A stretch of DNA of 64,000 bases from NCBI RefSeq assembly GCF_001194135.2, contig NC_068981.1, positions 38,770,794 to 38,834,793 of the forward strand, read 5' to 3'. The position numbers were made by a program, and so were the translations under genes. This stretch comes from Octopus bimaculoides. Its lineage: Eukaryota. Shown piece after piece: positions 55,037 through 64,000 of this stretch (positions are counted from its first letter, which is position 1; every line of letters begins with the position of its first letter). The notes beneath the pieces were generated by a model. The model did not search any database. It was not told where the DNA came from and saw only the letters and a program-made list of their open reading frames with translations.

Positions 55037-55584
55037 ACACAACACACACACACATCTATATGTAGATGATGGACTTCTTTCAGTTTCTATCTACCAAATT
55101 CACTCTCAAAGCTTGTGTCAGTCTGGTACTATAGTAGAAGACACTTGCCTAAGGTGCCATGAAGTGAGACTGAACCTGCAACCATGCCATTGGGAAACAA
55201 TCTTCTTATCACACAGCCATGCCTACATCAATTAAACAAATACATAAATGCCTCTCTTTGGAATATTGAAAGGGGAAGTTGGATTAGGTACATCATTGTT
55301 TATGAATTTCTTGCTAATCTCTCTATTTCATGTTAGAATATTGCCAGTTATTGAATGCTATATTTGTTGTTGTGTGTTTCTTTTTATTTAATTTTCACTT
55401 CTAATAAATTTTGTTGTGTTTGGTGAGAGTCCTTCGCTTTTGGTGCCATTATAATTTAAAGCACTCACCAGTAAAATTTCCACTTGTTACATTTTTATTT
55501 TTCTAAAATTTTCATTGTCTTGCAAACTTTTCAATAGTTTTGACTCAAAACCCATCTAGATGTGTTTAACCCATGTGACTATAA

Positions 55585-56040
55585 TCATCATCGTCGTCGT
55601 TGTCCGCTTTCCATGCTGGCATGGGTTGGACGGTTTGACTGAGGGCTGGCAAGCCAGAAGGCTGCATCAGGCTCTAATCTGAGCTGGTAAAGTTTCTACA
55701 GCTAGATGCCCTTCCTAATGCCAACCATTCTGAGAGTGTAGTGGGTGCTTTTTATGTACCACTGGCACGAGGGCCAGTTAGGCGGTACTGGCATCAACCA
55801 TGCATGAATGGGGATTTTTACATGCCGCCAGCACGGGAGCCATTGAAGCAGCACTGGCAATGACCACACTTGAATGGTGCTTTTTACGTGCCACTGGCAC
55901 AGGACCAGTCAGGAGGCACTGGTGTCAAACACACTCAAATGGTGCTTTTTACATGCCACCAGCATGGGAACCAGTTAGGCAGCCCTGGCAATGACAACAC
56001 TCGAATGGTGCTTTTACGTGCCACAGGCACGAGACCAGTC
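55585..56040 (-). mobile_element. SINE-like family B copy with about 4.5 internal ~65-bp tandem units
   Basis: Recurrent GGTGCTTTT(T)AC.TGCCAC..GCAC at 55743, 55811, 55877, 55942 and 56008 (approximate). Confidence 0.8.
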
Positions 56041-56529
56041 ATAGAAGAGACGAATGTTGATTACATAAGTGTGCATGTGTGCACAAATACACACACACAC
56101 ATACACACATGCACTTAACCTGTGTGGTTAAGAATATTGTTTTCTGGCTATGTAGTTTTCAGTTCAGTGACTTCATGGATCCTTGGATAAGGGTCTTCTA
56201 CTATAACCCTGGGCCAACCAAAGCTATGTGAGTGGATTTGGAAGGTGGCATCTGAATGAAGCCTATATATGTGTGTGTGTGTGTGTTTGTATGTGTGTGT
56301 GTATTTGTGTCTCTTTGTGTTGACATCACAAGATAGCTGTAAACTAACAAGCATCTCAATCATGCAAGCTGTATCATTCATTTCCAACTTTCCTTGATAA
56401 CACGTGCAGTCAAGGGAAATATTAGTTTCCTTGAAAGCAAGTGAGATTTGGTGACAGGGTAGGCTTCTGGCTATAGAAAAGCTGCCTCAGAAAATTCTGT
56501 GTCACCCATAAAAGCATAGAAAAATGAAT

Positions 56530-56728
56530 ATTCTTTTCTACTCTAGGCACAAGGCCTGGAATTTTTGGAGGATGGAGACAGTCGATTAGATTGACTCCAG
56601 TACACATCCCGAAAGGATGTAAAGCAAAGTCAACCTCGGCAGAATTTGAACTCAGAATGTAAAGACAGACGAAATAATGTTTTGTTTTTTTGCCCAATGT
56701 GATAATGTTTCTGCCAGTTTGCTGACTT
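56530..56728 (-). mobile_element. SINE family A copy (reverse)
   Basis: Reverse complement of the family A body (GAATTTGAACTCAGAA). Another reverse copy lies at about 59405-59612. Confidence 0.75.
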
Positions 56729-58641
56729 AGAAAAATGAATATTAAAAAGATGATGATGATGATGATGATGATGACGATGACGATGACAACGGCGACAACG
56801 ATGATGATGATGNNNNNNNNNNNNNNNNNNNNNNNNNNNNNNNNNNNNNNNNNNNNNNNNNNNNNNNNNNNNNNNNNNNNNNNNNNNNNNNNNNNNNNNN
56901 NNNNNNNNNTGATGATGATGATGACGATGACGATGACAACGGCGACAACGATGATGATGATGATGATGATGGTGGCGGTGGTGGTGGTGGTGAGGAGGAG
57001 GAGGAGGATATACTTATACATATACATATACATAGATACGTATCTATGTATGTATATGTCTCAAGATTCTGCACCGTGTCAGTCTGCAAAATTCCTCCGA
57101 CAAGGTTTCGATCAATCCAAGGCTGGTACTACAGTGGTATTGAACTTCAAACCACATGATTGTTGAACCAAAGTCTTCAATCGCACAATCATGTCAGCTT
57201 ATATATCTGTTATGCAATAAATGGTGAATCTAATTTGTCTTATCAGCTCTAAGATGAAAAGAGTGATGTTGACATCAAAAACTGTCCCTACATTAAAAGA
57301 TGAGATTGAGCTAAATTTAGATTACAGAAAGGAAAATGGCTTATCCATTCTTTCTTATAAGTCATCAAGTTGAAAATAAAATAATTCACTTTCTCAAGAT
57401 TCAACACAGAATGAAATGAAAAAGATGTCAAAGTTTACATGTTCATTTACTCTCTTCAATTACGTAAAATGCTTGATACTTCTTAGTTGGAAAAAGAAAA
57501 TAAACTCTAATGAAATTAATCTAAGCTTAATCTGTGATTATAGTAATGGTCTATAGTAAGGATATTAATGTTTCCTATATTTGCCTTGAATGTAACAGGA
57601 ACATGATGCATTCGAATATTTCTAGAAGACAAATATTTTATGAAGCATGTGTGTATATGGGAGTGTGTGTAACCCATGCCATCATGAACAATGGATTTTA
57701 AATTTTGATGATGGTGATACACACACACATGTATATGTATATACATACACAAACACACACATATTTATATACATACACACACACATACATGCACATACAT
57801 ACATACATAAAGATATGTAAAACTTCCCAAAAATTTAGCACATAAATACATATGCATACGCCTAGACATGAAAATATATACATAAAAACGCATCCATAAA
57901 ACAAACATACAAATCTGTGCATACACTAACACCAAATACTGCACACACACACACATATGCACACATATCTAGATGATGTTGATAAAAGTTCCAATGAAGG
58001 AGCCTTGAATCTATGTTAGAGTCCGGCTCTTTCTCTATTGACAAGAAATACAGAAATGAAACTGATTGATAACATACATACATACATACATACATACATA
58101 TGTATTTGGTATAATTCATGTAAAAACCTCAGTAATTGCATCAAGTACATTACTTTCCACCAATCAAATTATCAGATTCTGGGAAATACAAGAACAAATA
58201 TGTCATCTTTCTTGCAAGAAACATAGCCAGGGTCATAAACAGATGACACAGCATCTTAACCAATCATTTGCAAAATTTTATTTTATTTATTTTGTTTTAA
58301 CCCATTGACACAGTTCATCCGCTACTTGATAAAAGTCATCTTCAGTTTTGCTTTATTTTTGTTTTTATCTTTTTATTACTATTAACACTCAAAAAAGGTT
58401 ATATTTGTTATTATTTTCTTCTTTTTTACTTACTATTATGAGTACCATGAAGGTTACCCTTACTCTGTTATTGTTGTTGGTGCTATTATTGTAATATTAT
58501 TTTTGTATTTGTTCTTGTGTCCCTCGGAATCTGATAATTTGATTGGTGGAAAGTAATGTACATCATATACATAGAAGCTTCAGAAAAATCTAACTTTGCT
58601 CAATAGTATTCCACTCGATGGAGCGCCCGCACACAGCTGTT

Positions 58642-58858
58642 ACTCTCTCTTTACTCTTTAGTCATTTTGACTGTGGCCATGCTGGAGCACTGCCTTTAGT
58701 CGAGCAAATTGACTCCAGGACTTATTCTTTGTAAGCCTAGTACTTATTCTATTAGTCTCTATTGCTGAACTGCTAAGTTACAGGGACATAAACACATGAG
58801 CATCGGTTGTCAAGCGATGTTGGAGGACACACAAACACAAGCATATACACACACATGC

Positions 58859-58901
<43 letters not shown>

Positions 58902-59060
58902 CGACGGACTTCTTTCAGTTTCCATCTACCAAATCCACTCACAAGGCTTTGGCCGACCCGAGGCTATAATAGAAGACACTTGCTCGAAGTGCCATGCAGT
59001 GGGACTGAACCCGGAACCATGTGGTTGGTAAGTAAACTACTTACCACACAGCCACTCCTG
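58642..59060 (-). mobile_element. Full-length tRNA-derived SINE family C copy
   Basis: Minus head GGAGTGGCTGTGTGGTAAG (A-box-like)..GGGTTCAGTCCC (B-box-like). Homologous copies lie at about 19200-19582, 61135-61535, 10370-10520, 55060-55220, 37515-37650 and 56110-56300. Confidence 0.85.
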
Positions 59061-59612
59061 TTGCTGAAAAATATTCAACTATATAGCTGTTATAAAAAAT
59101 AATCTTGTATAATAGTATATAAATATAAACTCAGCAACTTCAAGCTGGTCTGATGCCGATACAAATGTTGTGATCTACAATTAAAGCTTGATATCCCCTA
59201 TCTCATGTTATATTATTCTTACATATATATGTATATACACACACACATGCACACACACACACAATATATAAAAAGCACTGGTGATGGTTTCACATAAAAA
59301 AGCACCCAGTATACTTAGTAAAGTGGATGGCATTAGGAAGGGTATCCAGCTTAGAAACCAAGCCAAAACAAACTATGGAACCTTGTGTGGCCCCTGAATA
59401 ATAATGAAAAATAATAAACCTTTTCTACAATAGGCACAAAGCCTGAAAATTTGGGAAAGGGTGCTAGTCAATTACATCAAACCCAATGCTCAATTAATAC
59501 TCATTTTTAGTGACCTCAAAAGGATGAAAGGCAAAGTTGACCTCAGCAGAACTTCAACTCAGGACATAAAGCATTTTGCCTGGAATGCTAACAGTTTTGA
59601 GAGCTCAGTGCC

Positions 59613-59687
<75 letters not shown>

Positions 59688-60243
59688 GCCTGGATGCAGT
59701 ACCAGGCAGAGGCTTTCATGGCTTCTGATCTTAATTGATTGGAAGTGTTATCATTTACATAGTTTTATCTTGGTATAAAAGCTGGGCTACAGCAAATATT
59801 CTGCTCAGTACCACAAATTTGCTTGTCAGTTGTTTGACCGTAACCAGTTGAGCATGTCCCTTAGTGGCTGACGANNNNNNNNNNGTAACCAGTTGAGCAT
59901 GTCCCTTAGTGGCTGACGATATGTGCATCTCTGATCATGAGCAGAAGTAGTGGGGGAACATCATAGCCATGTGTTGGAAGGAATTCTTTTGGGTTTCAAT
60001 AATTCACCTTTGGAAACATAGTTGTTTTGCTCAACATCCTTAAACAAACCTTATTCAGGGACCTTTTGAGCAGGATGGGCCACTCAACCTGAAGAAAATT
60101 CTAACTGGGCCCCACCTGCGAGGTCATGGTTGTGATGCATGTGCCTGGTGTACCCTTATCAGACGGGTAGTCATGATGGGTATAATGGGCTTCGTATATT
60201 TTACCCCAGTGTCACTTTGATGGCATGCACTGCTCTCTCACTC
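59688..60243 (+). mobile_element. Interspersed repeat family D with (AAT)n tail
   Basis: Its ends match, in reverse, an internally deleted copy at 1631-1889. Confidence 0.7.
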
Positions 60244-61081
60244 AATAATAATAATAATAATAATAATAATAATTATTATTATTATTGTTATTAGAAGCTA
60301 TATGAAGGGTGATAAATGGTAGATAAAATGAGCTGCAATATATAGTTAAATCCTTTTATGTTTTGTGTTCAAATCCTGTAAAAATTTATTTTTCCTATCT
60401 TTAGAGTTGATAAAATAAGTACCATACTGGAGCTTATTTTATTGATCATTCCCTTTCACAAAGTTTATGGTCAGGCTAATACTATTATTTTCTTTTTTTA
60501 TTTTTTGTAATGAGTTTTATTTGTTCGAGAAAAAATTTCTACTGAAAACCTTAATGCATTTTATATCGATTAAAAGGCAGGAATAAAAGATAACAAGACA
60601 AACTAAATAATTGTTTCTTTTATTTTTACATTATCAGAAAACTTGCAAACATCATACGCTCTGCCTCACCACCTGATTAAGCTATAAAAAATGGTTCCAT
60701 CATGTTTTTAATTAAGGTTTTGTTCTTTGGTCCTATAAATTCAAACCTCAACAATAATTGTTGTAAAAGTATTTTACAAGATAGCGTTTTAAGAGTGAAA
60801 CACTCCATCGTGAAGTAACCACAGAAATATCTATTTTCAGTTATATTAATTTCACTTATTAGCAAAATGGTCACACATTGTTGGAGTGAGGCAGAAATAT
60901 TTGAAGGACCACTAGTGTTTATTTTAGCAACCATTTGCAAAGGGAGAAATGATTAAATTGGTCGTATTGAAGTTTGAATTCAGAACATAAAGGAACATAA
61001 TTAATGCATCACAAGGGAATTTTGAAGTACTCAGCCATTTCCAAAAACCTACTGATTTTATATTGTTGTTTTTTCACTAAG

Positions 61082-61114
61082 CATTCCAGCCAAGACCACC
61101 TTGTCCTTTTAGAG
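61082..61114 (+). CDS. Candidate 33-nt symmetric exon (xFQPRPPCPFR or HSSQDHLVLLE)
   Basis: GTTGTTTTTTCACTAAG acceptor, GAG|GTATGT donor, and length divisible by 3. Confidence 0.3.
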
Positions 61115-61732
61115 GTATGTAGAACTATCTATTCATCTTTATCTTTTATCTTGTACTGTTTGCGGTCATTGAACTGTGGCCATACTGGAGTACTGCCTTG
61201 AAGGGTTTAATAAAATAAATCAACCCTTAGTACTTATTCTTTTCAAATGTAGTATTTATTCTATCTTGCCAAATGCTGTTATGGAGACATAAACAAACTA
61301 ACACTGGTTGTCAAGTGGTATTGAGAAATTAACACAAAAGCACACATACACACATATCTATATATGCATATGACAGGCTTCCTGCAGTTTCCATCCACAA
61401 AATCCACATAGAAGCCTTTTGTCAATCTTGGGCTATAGTAGAAGGCAGTTGCCCAAGGTGCTACAAAGTGAGATTGAACTTAGAAGCTTGTGGATGGAAA
61501 GCAAGCTTCTTGCTATGCAGCCACACCTGTGCCTATTGTACACATCATTCCTTTTTACATAAGGTAGTAGATTTGCTATTTCTACTAGGTCTAGCAACCA
61601 TACTGCATGGTTGCTAATCCTGGTAGAAATAGCAACTAAATCTCTGGTTTCTTTGCTGTTTTCAATTCCATTTCCACTGGCAATGACATAAAGAGCAGAC
61701 AATGGCATTTACCAAATGACATAGTGCATAAA

Positions 61733-61952
61733 CCCTTTAGCATTTAAATTGGCCATACCCAGCCCAAATATTCTACCTGCTTTGCAGTCAAACTGGTCAG
61801 ATCCAACCTCTCACACCTACTCTACAATATCATTCTAAAATTAAACAATCACGTCATTGAAATCTCAAAGTTATGAGCTAATGCATGATTAATTCAGAGC
61901 AATATGAATAAATAAGTTTTACATTTGACAGAATAACCTGAAAGCTAAAGGG
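61733..61952. mobile_element. piggyBac-like MITE
   Basis: Termini CCCTTTAGC ... GCTAAAGGG, flanked by TAAA (left) and TTAA (right). Confidence 0.65.
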
Positions 61953-62271
61953 TTAAAACTGGTGGGAGTCAGACTCAATATCATGTCCAGGATCTCATCC
62001 CCTCATACCTGTTGTTGCTGTTTAGCTCACAATCAGTTCCAATCCAGCAGACATATGGTCAAAGTTGTTCCATTCATGACCATTCCATTTTTTAAAATAG
62101 TTTTGTAGAGTTTAACTAAGACTACATTACTTAGTATGTCCTGTCATTTTGATGCAGTAGGCTGTAATTTGAGAGAAATTTTTTTTTATTTCTAGAAGGC
62201 TGAGTGACCAAAGCAGAGCTTTCTCTCCCTTCGGTTCAAGAAATTTCTTAAAGTATAAGCATGATATACAG

Positions 62272-62537
62272 GCAGTGGCGGACTGGCCAGGTTGCCAGCT
62301 TGTGGGCCCCTGCGCCAACAAAATCCATGGGGGAGGGGGGCATGTTAGTATCTATGGGGCCCATCCCCTCAAGTTTGAGAATTATTTATTCACTTCTGGA
62401 AGAATGCATTAATTATTTCAGCCTGGCTGTGTTTGTAGACAGTTGAAAAAGAATACATTTAACAAAAAAAAAAAAGATTAAATTATAGCATTGTAGTCTC
62501 CTGGCAACCGATATTTTTAGACCCAGTCCGCCACTGC
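62272..62537. mobile_element. GC-rich MITE with 15-bp TIRs (hAT-like termini; TSD not evident)
   Basis: GCAGTGGCGGACTGG ... CCAGTCCGCCACTGC, plus subterminal inverted GGTTGCCAG / CTGGCAACC. Confidence 0.7.
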
Positions 62538-63300
62538 AGATAAGGGAGTAACATACATGGAAATCAAATTACAATTTAATATCTTGAAAAGTTACAATTG
62601 AAATTTGAATAAAATAAAAGGGGGAAAAATGACAGAATATTACAAGATTAAATTTTTCCAATGATGTAGATGAGAAATTTAATATATTAACACAGGATTC
62701 AATAACAAATCAATAAGTAAGATATGCAACACCAAACTGCTGGAACACATGGGATCCAAAATGAAATTATTTTCCGCTTGTGTGTATTTTGTGATGGTAG
62801 TATGAAGGGTTTATCTCACCAGGGTGACTTAGTTTGCATAAAAGTCTACAAATTGTTAAGGCTACAAGACAAAATGTTTGTGACTGCCTATTTAAGAACA
62901 CAACAGGATTCTGATAGACTTTTTTTTCAGTCTTTTTATATATTTTTCATTAACACCAAAATGTGTGCAGAAAGCCAGCAAGTGCTTAAATATATAATGT
63001 ATATTTATAGATATCCTTAGATTTCTGACACCACATGATGGTTATAATTGATTTTATCTATCAGAATTGACGTTAATATTAATTTTACGTTTAATGTTCT
63101 TTTCAATTTAGCATCTTTGTTCAACATTATAGCGTTAAGGATGTGAATTTTAAAGTCAAATGTATTCAAATAAATTTACATGAATATGTCTTGTCATTTT
63201 GAAATAGGAAATCTTTTGTTAAATTTGAATTACAGTAAAAAGCCACTGTATGTGTATGGGTGCGTGTATATCTACATATATATTTGTGCGTGTGTGTGTG

Positions 63301-63412
<112 letters not shown>

Positions 63413-63708
63413 CAATGATGATGGTAGTCTCTCATAGTCCAAGATAGACAGTTCTACAATTTCTTGCTGAACAAGCTGTACAAATGATTTGTTTCCAGTG
63501 ATCAAATGTATATGTTGTACATTAGCTCATTCCCTCCACTGAATCAAAATTGTTTGAACAGATGCATGGTATGCCACATGTCAGGTATTGAAGTGACTGC
63601 ACAACATGAGATGAAGTATTTTGCTCAAGAACACAATGCGAAACTTGGTTCAGGAACTGAAACCATGACTGTGATTGCAAAACCTTAACCACTGGACCAT
63701 GCACCCTC

Positions 63709-63742
<34 letters not shown>

Positions 63743-63744
<2 letters not shown>

Positions 63745-63946
63745 GTGTATGTATAATGAGAGAAAAGGATAAAGAGAACAATGGCAAAGTTAGAAATATA
63801 TTTTATGGATAAAGTTTTACAGCTGTTTCAGGGAAAATCCAATGTATTGGATTTTCCCTGAAACAGCTGTCAGACTTTATCCATAAAATATATTTCTAGC
63901 TTTGCCATTGTTTTCTTTATCATTTTCTCTCTTTATACATACACAC
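63743..63946. repeat. 204-bp near-perfect palindrome (101-bp arms, 2-nt loop)
   Basis: 63743-63843 versus the reverse complement of 63846-63946 shows 6 mismatches and no indels (manual comparison). The centre is GT at 63844-63845. Confidence 0.95.
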
Positions 63947-64000
63947 GCTAATACATGACCTATGTTATAATCCCCACTCATGTTTATATAACGAAAGGGG

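Noticed and set aside
55741-56040. Regularly spaced repeats that superficially resemble a CRISPR array
   Set aside because: The context is eukaryotic, the spacers are homologous to one another, the array lies inside a SINE-like repeat, and there are no cas genes.
56750-56970. Duplicated (GAT/GAC) tract either side of a gap
   Set aside because: A microsatellite flanking an N run, probably a scaffolding overlap.
58985-59060. tRNA-like A/B boxes as possible tRNA genes (also in family A heads)
   Set aside because: No full cloverleaf, and the boxes are attached to repeated SINE bodies, so they are SINE heads.
59841-59920. Exact ~35-bp direct repeat on either side of a 10-N gap
   Set aside because: This is a typical unmerged contig overlap, i.e. 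an assembly artefact.

Overview
AT-rich, microsatellite-dense eukaryotic draft sequence with 10 N-gaps. The SINE families look like those of an octopus/coleoid cephalopod; I recognised these by eye and did not verify them. Most of the window is intron-like or intergenic DNA full of transposon relics: tRNA-derived SINEs, RTE-clade LINE fragments, a mariner D,D34D transposase, a Tigger/pogo relic, Ty3/gypsy pol fragments, a Penelope-like GIY-YIG fragment and several MITEs. There is no long intact ORF, and nearly all ORF-track hits are microsatellite or N artefacts. Short splice-signal-flanked segments on the + strand suggest an unidentified multi-exon gene, at low confidence. The most notable signal is a set of hammerhead-ribozyme-like motifs and fold-back structures. 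Two minimal type-I hammerhead-like motifs lie in tandem on the - strand (32841-32889 and 33388-33432), the second inside a unit bounded by perfect 27-bp inverted repeats. A 204-bp palindrome (63743-63946) is built from the 3' half of the first hammerhead family. A perfect 23-bp-stem hairpin sits beside the Penelope-like GIY-YIG fragment. Boundaries of decayed repeats are approximate.
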